Positions 39,882 to 49,017 of a stretch of DNA of 64,000 nt are shown here, in pieces (the stretch's first letter is position 1; each line of letters opens with the position of its first letter). The stretch spans positions 1,216,001-1,280,000 of the forward strand of contig OY761159.2 in assembly GCA_963664395.2 (NCBI GenBank). The letters run 5' to 3'. Below the pieces are notes generated by a model. That model searched no databases and was not told the DNA's origin. It saw only the letters and a list, made by a program, of their open reading frames with translations. This DNA comes from Candidatus Binatia bacterium (lineage in GTDB: Bacteria; Desulfobacterota; Binatia; Bin18). Position numbers and translations under genes: made by a program.

Positions 39882-40895
39882 TTGCAGGAGATTCGTACTC
39901 AGTTGAGTGAAGACCTGACCGCCGCTACAACAGGCCAGGACCTCGAAGCTGTTCGTGTTCGCTATCTCGGACGGAAAGGAGCGATCACCCTGCTGCGAAA
40001 AAACGCTGACTTCTCAGCAATGTCAGCGGATGAAAAGAAACGCTTTGGACAACAGTTTAATGAACTGAAACGCTTTGCAGAGCAGCAGATTGCCGACGCC
40101 CAAGAGCGGCAGAAAAGCACGCTGCTCGACACAACTACCATCGATATGACACTTCCGGGTCTCAACAACCACCTCGGCCACCTGCACCCCATTTCTCTTG
40201 TCCAACTGGAGCTCGAAGAAATCTTTCAATCTCTGGGATTTATGATCCTTGACGGATACCACGTTGAGACGGACTTTTATAACTTTGAGAGCCTGAACAT
40301 CCCCCCTGACCACCCCGCACGAGACATGCAGGATACGTACTGGCTCAAGAATGGCTTGCTGCTCCGGACGCATACATCAGCCAATCAAGTCCGTGCGTTA
40401 GAGTACTACGGTGCCCCAGTTCGGGCTATCTTTCCAGGTCGTTGTTTTCGGAATGAAGCCATTGATCCAAGCCATGAGAATACGTTCTATCAGCTCGAAG
40501 GCTTGATGGTAGACAGGGAGATCTCTGTCGCTAATCTGATTGCCGTTATGCGCACGTTGCTGACTGCGGTTTTTCACCGAGAGGTCACTGTTCGCTTACG
40601 TCCAGGTTATTTTCCTTTTGTCGAACCCGGCTTTGAGTTAGACATCCAATGTCTGCTGTGTGAAGGCACGGGCTGTGCGACCTGCAAAAAATCCGGCTGG
40701 ATTGAATTGCTGCCGTGCGGCCTGGTGCACCCTCGGGTACTCGAATTCGGTAAGGTTGACCCAGATCACTATAGCGGGTTTGCCTTTGGCTTAGGCCTCA
40801 CCCGACTGGCCATGATGAAATATAATATTCCAGATATTCGGCTCCTGAACTCGGGCGATCTTCGTTTCTATGAGCAGTTTCCAGCAGCCGTTTGA
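39882..40895 (+). CDS. pheS: Phenylalanine--tRNA ligase alpha subunit
   Basis: HPARDMQDT, LLRTHTS, YFPFVEP, GFAFGLG; TTG start with AGGAGG SD. Confidence 0.97.
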   Translation: MQEIRTQLSEDLTAATTGQDLEAVRVRYLGRKGAITLLRKNADFSAMSADEKKRFGQQFNELKRFAEQQIADAQERQKSTLLDTTTIDMTLPGLNNHLGHLHPISLVQLELEEIFQSLGFMILDGYHVETDFYNFESLNIPPDHPARDMQDTYWLKNGLLLRTHTSANQVRALEYYGAPVRAIFPGRCFRNEAIDPSHENTFYQLEGLMVDREISVANLIAVMRTLLTAVFHREVTVRLRPGYFPFVEPGFELDIQCLLCEGTGCATCKKSGWIELLPCGLVHPRVLEFGKVDPDHYSGFAFGLGLTRLAMMKYNIPDIRLLNSGDLRFYEQFPAAV

Positions 40896-40908
40896 GTAGG
40901 AGTCATGC

Positions 40909-43287
40909 ATGAAGATCTCTCTTGACTGGATCGCCCAGTATGTAGACCTCTCAGACCTCTCGCCACAAACAATTGCGCACCGGCTCACCATGGCAACGGC
41001 TGAGGTAGAAGGGATGGAAACACTGGGTCGCACACTCGATGGGGTCCGCATCGGTCATGTCCTCTCAGTTGAACCTCTTGGCGACCGGCAGACGTTCGTT
41101 TCCGTTCAGTGTGGAGCAGAGCAGTTTACGACGGTATGTGGGGCGCCCAATGTGCGGGAGGGGATGAAATCAGCCTTTGCCTCCGTTGGAGTGACGATTG
41201 CCGGGGGACAGACTATTAAAGAAAGGCAGGTTGGTGGGAAGATGAGTCAGGGCATCTTGTGCTCGTCTGAGGAATTAGGCATGGGGGGCGGACATTTCGG
41301 TATCCTTGACCTCCCCGAGTCTCTTGAGAATGGGGCCGCTCTGGCCGACTTCATTCCGTCTTCAGACACCCTGCTCGAAATCGACAACAAGAGCCTGACC
41401 CACCGCCCCGACCTCTGGGGTCACTACGGGATAGCACGTGAAGTTGCTGCCATTTTTGGGCGACCAGTACGCCCTCTCCAACTGGTAGATGTGGAGCAGT
41501 ATAACGACTTACCAGCCTATCCACTGACCATTGATGATCCCGAGAATTGTCCCTGTTATTGCTGTATCGAGATGACAGGGGTGGCGGCAATTCCCTCGCC
41601 ACTGACGCTACAGTACCGGTTGCACGCGCTTGGACAGCGAACATTCAATATTCTGGTCGACCTCACCAATTACATCATGCTCGAGCTCGGTCAGCCCATG
41701 CACGCATTCGACGCTGGCCGCCTACAGACCGTCCGTGTCGCCCCGTTTGGAACAACCAGCCGTTTTACGACTCTTGATGGACAAGCGCGACAAATGGCCC
41801 CAGATGATCTGATGATCTGGAATGAACACGAGCCGGTTGCCGTGGCTGGTATTATGGGAGGGCTGAATAGTGAGGTCAGCGAGAGTACCACCGGTCTGCT
41901 TCTTGAGAGTGCAAATTTTAAGGATGCGCGGATTCGCCGGACAGCCACACGGCTGGGTATTCATACCGACGCGAGTCAACGTTTTGAGAAGCAACAGCCG
42001 CCCGTAAATACAAAAATTGCCACCGAGCGCTTTCTCTCCCTGCTGCTCGAATCAGGCCTCCGGCCTCAGGTCCTTTCCCGGTTCACCTCTCGTGGAGCGT
42101 TGAAAGAGCATACCCGGTATCTCGATATTCCGACCGACTTCTTTGACCGGCGGATAGGCAACCCGATTGCGCCAGACAAGATTGTGTCCATACTGACCTC
42201 ACTAGGTTTTGAAGCCAGTGTTACGAACAACACCCTCTCTGTTGGAATCCCCTCGTTTCGGAGCGAGAAAGATATCTCCTTACCAGTTGATATTCTGGAA
42301 GAAGTCACACGCATTCAGGGCTATGACAACCTGGAGCCGAAGATGCCAAATTTCTCGGTGGAGCGTGTTGCCTTTCATGATCGTCTGCGGGCACAGCATA
42401 AAGCTCGTCGTATTTTAGCTCAGGCTCACGGATTCTCGGAGGTTCACAATTATAGCTGGTTTGACGAAACATGGCTCAAGACGCTCGGCTACGAGCCTGA
42501 AGCAACGCTGGAGATGGCCAATTCCAGCGCAGAACACAATGTGCGGCTGCAGACCACACTGCTACCCAATATTTTTGCCGTTGTTAAAAAAAATGCGGCA
42601 CTGCGAGACCATTTCCGAATCTTTGAGCTGGGGCGGGTCTACTTGCCTGCGGGCGAACAGGACCGTACAGAGAAGAATGTACTGTCCGGAGCAAGCCTTC
42701 AACAAGAACGCCTGGAGAGCCTGGAAGAGCATTTTCGCAAGATCAAGGGTGCCCTTGAGGCTCTAGCCAAACAGTTAAGCCTCGGCGCAGTGGCGTTTGA
42801 GCCTGCCACGACAACGACTGCACCGTGGCAAACTCCTGACAAGTATGTTGAAGTGGCATGCCAAGGTACAGGGGTCGGACACCTTGGCCTTTTGTCCGGC
42901 CCCTTATTGGCTGAAATTGCACCCAAAGCCCAAGTGGTCTGGTTCGAGCTGAATTTCGATATGCTTGAAGGGCCGCTATTTCCGGCAACCAGCTATGCCC
43001 CGGCATCCCGCTATCCTGGCTCGTGGTTTGACTTCTCTATTGTGGCCAGCGCTCAGGCGGGTTTTGCCGAGCTGGTCCGCACACTCGACAAGTTTTCTCA
43101 TACACTGCTCAAAAAGAGAGAATTTATTACCCTTTATAAGGGTAAGGGGCTTGAGGAAGGAGCAGCCAGCTACACCTTCCGTTACTGGATTGAATCCCAG
43201 GACAGCACACTCACTGGAGAGCAAATAGAAGCATTCCAGCAGGAGTATATCGCCTTCCTCCGGTCGAAAGGTCTGAGCCTCCGTTAA
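40909..43287 (+). CDS. pheT: Phenylalanine--tRNA ligase beta subunit
   Basis: VCGAPNV, DLTNYIMLELGQPMHAFD, LLESANF, DILEEVTRIQGYDN. Confidence 0.96.
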   Translation: MKISLDWIAQYVDLSDLSPQTIAHRLTMATAEVEGMETLGRTLDGVRIGHVLSVEPLGDRQTFVSVQCGAEQFTTVCGAPNVREGMKSAFASVGVTIAGGQTIKERQVGGKMSQGILCSSEELGMGGGHFGILDLPESLENGAALADFIPSSDTLLEIDNKSLTHRPDLWGHYGIAREVAAIFGRPVRPLQLVDVEQYNDLPAYPLTIDDPENCPCYCCIEMTGVAAIPSPLTLQYRLHALGQRTFNILVDLTNYIMLELGQPMHAFDAGRLQTVRVAPFGTTSRFTTLDGQARQMAPDDLMIWNEHEPVAVAGIMGGLNSEVSESTTGLLLESANFKDARIRRTATRLGIHTDASQRFEKQQPPVNTKIATERFLSLLLESGLRPQVLSRFTSRGALKEHTRYLDIPTDFFDRRIGNPIAPDKIVSILTSLGFEASVTNNTLSVGIPSFRSEKDISLPVDILEEVTRIQGYDNLEPKMPNFSVERVAFHDRLRAQHKARRILAQAHGFSEVHNYSWFDETWLKTLGYEPEATLEMANSSAEHNVRLQTTLLPNIFAVVKKNAALRDHFRIFELGRVYLPAGEQDRTEKNVLSGASLQQERLESLEEHFRKIKGALEALAKQLSLGAVAFEPATTTTAPWQTPDKYVEVACQGTGVGHLGLLSGPLLAEIAPKAQVVWFELNFDMLEGPLFPATSYAPASRYPGSWFDFSIVASAQAGFAELVRTLDKFSHTLLKKREFITLYKGKGLEEGAASYTFRYWIESQDSTLTGEQIEAFQQEYIAFLRSKGLSLR

Positions 43288-43292
43288 GATAA

Positions 43293-43320
43293 GGCAGGGC
43301 GACATAGACGGCGCCCTGCC
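43293..43320. terminator. Hairpin between convergent pheT and rplT
   Basis: GGCAGGGCG-N10-CGCCCTGCC; weak U tracts. Confidence 0.5.
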
Positions 43321-43365
43321 CCTCATTCAGTAGACAAAGGATACGCAAAAGCGCGAAGAGACCTG

Positions 43366-43725
43366 CTAGGCTGCAAGACGCTGCTTCGCCAAGCCTGTGA
43401 CTACGGAAAATGCTTGGGGATCTTGCATGGCCAGGGCGGCCAGAATCTTGCGGTCGATTTCGACACCAGCCTGAGACAGGCCATGAATGAGCCGGCTATA
43501 GCTCAGCCCATTCAGTCGCGCGCCCGCATTAATCCGGACAGTCCATAAACGCCGGAAGTCACGCTTTTTATTCCTTCGGTCTCGGTAAGCGTAGACCAGG
43601 CCCCGTTCGACGGTTTCACGTGCCTGACGATACTGGCGACGACGTCCACCGGTAAACCCTTTGGTAAGTTTGAGAATCCGCTTTCTGCGCCGCCGTGCCT
43701 TAAAGCCGCGTTTTGCGCGTGGCAT
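43366..43725 (-). CDS. rplT: 50S ribosomal protein L20
   Basis: [26 protein letters not shown]. Confidence 0.98.
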   Translation of the reverse strand: MPRAKRGFKARRRRKRILKLTKGFTGGRRRQYRQARETVERGLVYAYRDRRNKKRDFRRLWTVRINAGARLNGLSYSRLIHGLSQAGVEIDRKILAALAMQDPQAFSVVTGLAKQRLAA

Positions 43726-43746
43726 ACTAACTACTCCTCTTCGTCT

Positions 43747-43944
43747 CTATAAGTAGGGAATCAGTTTTTTGATCGCCTTGGCCTCGGATTTTGCGACGAG
43801 TGCTGGCTGACGGAGATTCCGTTTCTGTTTTCGCGTTTTAGTTGAGAGGATATGGCGCAGGTAGGCGCGTCGGCGACGCACCTTGCCGGTTCCTGTGATC
43901 TTAAACCGCTTCGCCGCTCCACGGCGCGTTTTAATCTTGGGCAT
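43747..43944 (-). CDS. rpmI: 50S ribosomal protein L35
   Basis: [15 protein letters not shown]. Confidence 0.98.
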   Translation of the reverse strand: MPKIKTRRGAAKRFKITGTGKVRRRRAYLRHILSTKTRKQKRNLRQPALVAKSEAKAIKKLIPYL

Positions 43945-43946
43945 AG

Positions 43947-44462
43947 TTACCTCGGAACAACAAGAATTGACATATTTCGCCCCTCCATGCGAGGCTGTGC
44001 TGTCTCAAGAGAGGCGACATCTTCGACCTTTTCATACACACGGTTGAGTAATTCTTTTCCAATCTCTGGGTGGGTGATCTCTCGTCCTCGGAAAAAGACA
44101 GAGACCTTGACCCGATGCTTTTTCCCGATAAAGCGACGGATATGGTTAATTTTGAATTCGACGTCGTGCTCACTGGTACGCGCCCCAAGCTTGACTTCTT
44201 TGAGCATCACTTGGGTCTGGTGCTTCTTGGATTCCTGCACCTTCTTTTTCTGCAGATAGCGGTACTTGCCGTAATCCATAATGCGACAGACCGGCGGAGA
44301 AGAACTCGGAGCAATTTCAACAAGGTCAAGCTCTTGGCCGAACGCTGTGCGAAAGGCCTCGCCTAGCGGCTGAATCCCAACCTGCTCCCCATTTGCGTCA
44401 ATGACCCGGACTTCCCGAGCGCGAATCTGCTGGTTTATCCGAGTGCCCGTTTCTCTAGCTAT
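43947..44462 (-). CDS. infC: Translation initiation factor IF-3 (non-canonical ATA start)
   Basis: The ORF track starts at an internal Met, but the frame extends upstream through [15 protein letters not shown] and DLVEIAP to an ATA at 44462, with GGAGG 6 nt upstream, overlapping the thrS stop. Confidence 0.95.
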   Translation of the reverse strand: MARETGTRINQQIRAREVRVIDANGEQVGIQPLGEAFRTAFGQELDLVEIAPSSSPPVCRIMDYGKYRYLQKKKVQESKKHQTQVMLKEVKLGARTSEHDVEFKINHIRRFIGKKHRVKVSVFFRGREITHPEIGKELLNRVYEKVEDVASLETAQPRMEGRNMSILVVPR

Positions 44463-46342
44463 GATGCACCTCCCGGGATACGTTCATGGTTCAAACGCTC
44501 GACAAGAGCGTGCACGGACAGCGGTGCGATTTTTGCCCGCTTACGCGCCCGTAGAGCGACCGTACCAGATTGCACTTCATTATCCCCAATGACAACAGTG
44601 TACGGGATTTTCTGCATTTCCGATCCTCGGATTTTGTACCCTAGTTTCTCATTCCGCAAGTCCAGCTCACAACGGATCCCGGCCTGTCTGAGCTGTTCGT
44701 CGACTTGCCGCGCATAGGCGTCTTGATTATTTGTCACCGTCACAATCTTCACCTGGACCGGAGCCAACCACAACGGGAAATCTCCACCACAGTGTTCGAT
44801 CAGGACACCCATAAAGCGTTCGATGGAGCCGAGGACGGCGCGATGGATCATCACAGGACGGGCTTCCTCCCCGTGGGTTGTGACGTAGGTCAAGTCAAAG
44901 CGTTCAGGCAGCATAAAGTCGAGCTGAATCGTTGCAAGTTGCCATTTACGGCGTAGGGCGTCGAGTACGATGAAGTCAATTTTTGGTCCGTAAAAGGCGC
45001 CATCCGCCGCATTGACTTCGTAGGGAATCTCATTTGCCTTGAGGGCTCCATCCAGGGCCGCTTCCGCCCTATCCCAGATTGCATCGTCGCCCAGCCGTTT
45101 TTCCGGTCGCGTCGCAAGATAAAAATGTACCTCCTCAAAGCCAAAGGTCCGATAGACTTCGTTAATCATGCGCAGGACGCCACCGACTTCAGCCTCGATT
45201 TGTTCCGGAGTGCAGAAAATATGAGCATCATCCTGAGAGAATGAACGCACCCGAGTCAGGCCGGCTAAGACACCCGAGCGCTCGAAACGATGCAGGCGGG
45301 CAAAGTCCGCATAGCGCAGCGGTAGGTCCCGGTATGAGTGCTTCTTGGCTGCATAGATATAGGTATGACCGGGGCAATTCATGGGCTTGACGCCAAAGCC
45401 GCGCCCTTCAACCTCAGTAAAGAACATATTTTCTTTGTAGTTATCGTAGTGGCCGGAACGGTGCCATAGATCAACATCAAAGATCTGTGGGGTTATTACT
45501 TCCTGGTAGCCATAGCGCTGGTAGAGCCCCCGGATATATGAGACCAGTTCATTATAGATAAAGGCCCCTTTGGGGTGAAAAAATGGACTCCCTGGCGCAA
45601 CTGGATGAAAGCTAAAAAGATCAAGTTCCTTTCCTACGCGACGGTGGTCACGCCGTTTGGCTTCCTCAAGCAATGCGAGGTGTTGACGGAGTTCTTTTGG
45701 CGTGGCAAAGGCAGTCCCGTAGATGCGTTGGAGCATCTCGTTTTTTTCGTCTCCCCGCCAGTACGCCCCGGCTACGCTGGTGAGTTTAAACGCCTGGATG
45801 CTGCCAGTTGACGGAACATGCGGGCCGCGGCACAGGTCAACGAACTCACCCTGGCGATAAAGCGAGAGTATTTCATCCTCCGGGATGCCTTCGATAATCT
45901 CAGCTTTATATTCTTCGCCCATCTCCCGGAATAAACGAACCGCATCATTGCGAGGCACTTCTTCACGGGTGACCGGGAAGTTTTCTTTGACAATAGCCTG
46001 CATCTCCGCTTCGATGCGTTCTAAATCTTCCGGTGTGAAGGAACGCTCGTGCTTAAAGTCGTAGTAGAATCCACTCTCGATAACGGGGCCAATCGTTATT
46101 TGAACTTCAGGAAAGAGGCGTTTGACTGCTTGCGCCATGAGATGGGCAGTCGAATGGCGCAAGACTTCGAGCCCTTCAGGAGAGGAAGGAAGAATAGGCT
46201 CGGCCTCATCAGGGGCCAGGAGGGATGACACGTCAACGACTTTTTCATCCACTCGTGCGGCAATTGCCTTTGAGAAACGCCGGCTTAAGTCTTTATGTTG
46301 AGCAATTTCATTCATATGGAAAAGGAAAGAGGCATCAGTCAC
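44459..46342 (-). CDS. thrS: Threonine--tRNA ligase
   Basis: RHSTAHLMAQAV, DLCRGPHVP, KPMNCPGH, GAFYGPKID; start either GTG 46342 or ATG 46315. Confidence 0.97.
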   Translation of the reverse strand: MTDASFLFHMNEIAQHKDLSRRFSKAIAARVDEKVVDVSSLLAPDEAEPILPSSPEGLEVLRHSTAHLMAQAVKRLFPEVQITIGPVIESGFYYDFKHERSFTPEDLERIEAEMQAIVKENFPVTREEVPRNDAVRLFREMGEEYKAEIIEGIPEDEILSLYRQGEFVDLCRGPHVPSTGSIQAFKLTSVAGAYWRGDEKNEMLQRIYGTAFATPKELRQHLALLEEAKRRDHRRVGKELDLFSFHPVAPGSPFFHPKGAFIYNELVSYIRGLYQRYGYQEVITPQIFDVDLWHRSGHYDNYKENMFFTEVEGRGFGVKPMNCPGHTYIYAAKKHSYRDLPLRYADFARLHRFERSGVLAGLTRVRSFSQDDAHIFCTPEQIEAEVGGVLRMINEVYRTFGFEEVHFYLATRPEKRLGDDAIWDRAEAALDGALKANEIPYEVNAADGAFYGPKIDFIVLDALRRKWQLATIQLDFMLPERFDLTYVTTHGEEARPVMIHRAVLGSIERFMGVLIEHCGGDFPLWLAPVQVKIVTVTNNQDAYARQVDEQLRQAGIRCELDLRNEKLGYKIRGSEMQKIPYTVVIGDNEVQSGTVALRARKRAKIAPLSVHALVERLNHERIPGGAS

Positions 46343-46356
46343 AGATGCCTCTTTCC
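46324..46356 (-). promoter_or_regulatory. Perfect 13-bp hairpin at the thrS initiation region (terminator/attenuator or translational operator)
   Basis: Minus strand GGAAAGAGGCATC-TGTGACT-GATGCCTCTTTCC then TTTT. Confidence 0.55.
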
Positions 46357-46442
46357 CCTCTATTCACACATAAGAGGGGTCTCTTTACCTCGGTGTCATA
46401 GATATATGCATACGCTCTGATTTGTACGATATTTTATAGGCA

Positions 46443-46514
46443 TAGGCACGGGCGGGATCGAACCGCCGACCCCTTCCGCGTCAAGGAAGTGCTCTCCCAC
46501 TGAGCTACGTGCCT
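46443..46514 (-). tRNA. tRNA-Val(GAC)
   Basis: AGGCACG acceptor stem, TAGCTCAGTGGGAGAGC D-arm, CTTCC-TTGACGC-GGAAG anticodon arm, GTTCGATCC T-loop; CCA not encoded. Confidence 0.96.
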
Positions 46515-46591
46515 GCAGCTCGCCCCACTGTTCAACATGTCAATATGCGCTTGGTGCGTACCAATTTTCCTAGAGTGTGTCAAGAAAATGA

Positions 46592-47044
46592 TCAATCCGC
46601 ACTTTCCGGATTGATCCGAACGGTGACACTAGCTCCAACGCCTCCACCGAGACGAATAGGCACGGTATAGGTACCAAGCTGTTTAATGGGCTCTGCAAGG
46701 ATGATTTTTCGTCGGTCTATGGTCACGCCTTGTTTCCGGAGCGCCTTTTCAATATCGATGTTCGTCACAGAGCCAAATAGCTTGTCTTCTTCTCCAGCAC
46801 GCGCGGCGATAGCCAAGGTGAGGCTGGACAGCCGCTCACGTACGGCGTTCGCGTTCTCTTGCGCGCGTTCTCTTTTCGTTGCAGCGAGACGTTTTTGGTG
46901 CTCTAAGACCCGAACGTTACGCCGGCTGGCCCTAAGCGCAAGGCCGCGTGGGAGCAAATAGTTCCGAGCGTATCCATCTCTGACTTTGATAATGTCGCCG
47001 ATTTCTCCAATATTTTCGACGTCTTCTTGTAAAATAATCTCCAT
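46592..47044 (-). CDS. rplI: 50S ribosomal protein L9
   Basis: MEIILQEDV, VRDGYARNYLLP, KLFGSVT. Confidence 0.97.
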   Translation of the reverse strand: MEIILQEDVENIGEIGDIIKVRDGYARNYLLPRGLALRASRRNVRVLEHQKRLAATKRERAQENANAVRERLSSLTLAIAARAGEEDKLFGSVTNIDIEKALRKQGVTIDRRKIILAEPIKQLGTYTVPIRLGGGVGASVTVRINPESAD

Positions 47045-47110
47045 ACTGGCCCTTACTTTACGGGAGCATAGGTTAAAACACAACTAAACGGAGGACATCA
47101 GGAAGACGGC

Positions 47111-47386
47111 CTATACCTGCGCCGAAACGTAGGGGAGTAAGGCTATCGCACGCGATTGTTTAATCGCCAAGGTGAGTTTCCTCTGATGCCACATGCAGGT
47201 ACCGGTGATGCGACTCGGGATAATCTTTCCACGCTCAGTAACAAAATCTTTGAGTGTGGCGGTTTCTTTGTAGTCAATGAAATCACGTTTATCTACGCAG
47301 AAACGGCAGACTTTACGCCGCATACGTCGGGGATATCGGTCATCACCGCCTCGTCGGTTAAATGTCCCTCTGGGTGGTCTTGCCAT
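47111..47386 (-). CDS. rpsR: 30S ribosomal protein S18 (Cys/His zinc-binding form)
   Basis: [30 protein letters not shown]. Confidence 0.97.
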   Translation of the reverse strand: MARPPRGTFNRRGGDDRYPRRMRRKVCRFCVDKRDFIDYKETATLKDFVTERGKIIPSRITGTCMWHQRKLTLAIKQSRAIALLPYVSAQV

Positions 47387-47435
47387 AGCTACTCCCTCTA
47401 CTCTTTCGCTCGTGGTCCGCAGGATGCAGTGTTCT

Positions 47436-47750
47436 TTATTCCTCAAGAATACGGATCGTTGTCGCGTGCACTTCATACACTCTTTGTCTTGCACCTGCCG
47501 CTTTATTCCCCCGATATGCTGCAAGCATCCCCTCTACCAAAACGGCCTGTCCAGTTGTCAACACCGGACAATACTCCTCTGCAAGCGTCCGAAAAGCAAC
47601 AATGTCAACAAGTAAATCTTCTTCTTTCTCTCGACTTTTCGGTACGCATAAGGAAAACGCACCAACGGCAACGCCCTGTGGTGTACGACGCAGTTCCGGA
47701 CTTCTCTCAATCCGTCCGGCAAAGATCACTTTATTATAGCCTTTCCTCAC
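47436..47750 (-). CDS. Short SSB/PriB-like OB-fold protein
   Basis: [28 protein letters not shown]; between rpsF and rpsR; no acidic tail. Confidence 0.8.
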   Translation of the reverse strand: MRKGYNKVIFAGRIERSPELRRTPQGVAVGAFSLCVPKSREKEEDLLVDIVAFRTLAEEYCPVLTTGQAVLVEGMLAAYRGNKAAGARQRVYEVHATTIRILEE

Positions 47751-47759
47751 TCAAGCAGC

Positions 47760-48299
47760 TCATTCCTCGTCCGTCTTTTCCTCCGAATCAGTCTGCGCCT
47801 CGGTCGTTTCCGAACCCTCTCCCTCTTGGGCCTCCGCCTGCGCCTCGGTCGCCGTCTCTTCTGCATTCGCTACGGCAGCACTTAAAGCAGAGCTGGCAGG
47901 GCTGACAGGATTGGCAGCCCCCGCTGGCGTCGGATCCGTATCCGCCTTAAGTGGACGGCTTGCAGGCCGGTCAGTTAAGCCACCCGGAGGAATGGGAGAC
48001 TGTCCGTCCGAGGGAGCGGAGCGCGCGACGGATAAAAAGCGCATTGCGTCTTCACTCAACCGTAAGCCTCGCTCAAGATCTTTTACCGCTTGGGGGAGAG
48101 ATTCATACTCCAAACGCACATAGTAGCCGCGTCTCTGCTTTTGAATGTCGTAGGCTAAATTCCGCAGCCCCCACTCTTCAACCTGCAACAGACTCGCCTG
48201 GCTCTCCTCCAAAGTCTTTTGCAGCCCTTCAATCACGTCCTTCACCCGTGCTTCAGACAGTTCTGGGTGGAGAATGCATACTGTTTCATAAATCGGCAT
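47760..48299 (-). CDS. rpsF: 30S ribosomal protein S6 with long C-terminal extension
   Basis: YETVCILHPEL, WGLRNLAYDI, GYYV. Confidence 0.95.
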   Translation of the reverse strand: MPIYETVCILHPELSEARVKDVIEGLQKTLEESQASLLQVEEWGLRNLAYDIQKQRRGYYVRLEYESLPQAVKDLERGLRLSEDAMRFLSVARSAPSDGQSPIPPGGLTDRPASRPLKADTDPTPAGAANPVSPASSALSAAVANAEETATEAQAEAQEGEGSETTEAQTDSEEKTDEE

Positions 48300-48367
48300 G
48301 AACTCCTCCGATGGACTTCTCTCAATCTTCGTGCGCCTCTAACGCTGAGCGGATGAGGCTGGATTTT

Positions 48368-48970
48368 TCAACTCGCCTCCTGCACGGATCGTGCGAGCGT
48401 CACAGAAGCCACGCTATTACACGACGCCATAGCACGCTCGAGCCCGTCTGTAAGAATAATCTCAACTGCGCCAGCTGCACGTTGTGCCGCCGGGAGAATA
48501 AAGGCTTCTTCCTCCTGAGTAAAGGGCTGAAGAACAAAGTCGGCGGTATCAAGCCCTGCAGGAGGACGGCCAATTCCAACCTTTATACGGGCAAAGTCCG
48601 GGCTTTCCAGAGCTGTAATAATCGAGGCCAAGCCACGATGTCCGCCTGAACCGCCAGTCCGTTTAATACGCAGGTGACCAAGCGGAATGTCTACATCATC
48701 ATACACAACTATACAATCTGTTGGCTGCAATTGATATGTTTCACACACGCACGCAGCGGTCTGTCCACTGTAGTTCATAGAAGTCTGCGGCTGAATAAGG
48801 CCAACCTCTTTTTCGTTCCAATGCGTCCAGGCTACCCGGGAGGAGCACGCAGACTGAGACAGCTGAGTCCACCAGCGTTTCGCCAGGATCTCAATTACCC
48901 AAAAGCCAATATTATGGCGGGTTTTTTCGTAGTCCCGGCCAGGGTTTCCGAGCCCAATAATCACGGACAT
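48368..48970 (-). CDS. pth: Peptidyl-tRNA hydrolase
   Basis: IGLGNPG, TRHNIGF, GGSGGHRGL, GIGRP. Confidence 0.96.
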   Translation of the reverse strand: MSVIIGLGNPGRDYEKTRHNIGFWVIEILAKRWWTQLSQSACSSRVAWTHWNEKEVGLIQPQTSMNYSGQTAACVCETYQLQPTDCIVVYDDVDIPLGHLRIKRTGGSGGHRGLASIITALESPDFARIKVGIGRPPAGLDTADFVLQPFTQEEEAFILPAAQRAAGAVEIILTDGLERAMASCNSVASVTLARSVQEAS

Positions 48971-49017
48971 GGACCTATAGTGAGGAGTGCCACATGCGCC
49001 TTATCTGCAGCTCCCCC

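Noticed and set aside
39636-43365. pheST as a phase-variable invertible segment
   Set aside because: No inverted repeats were found at the two flanks and no recombinase is nearby.
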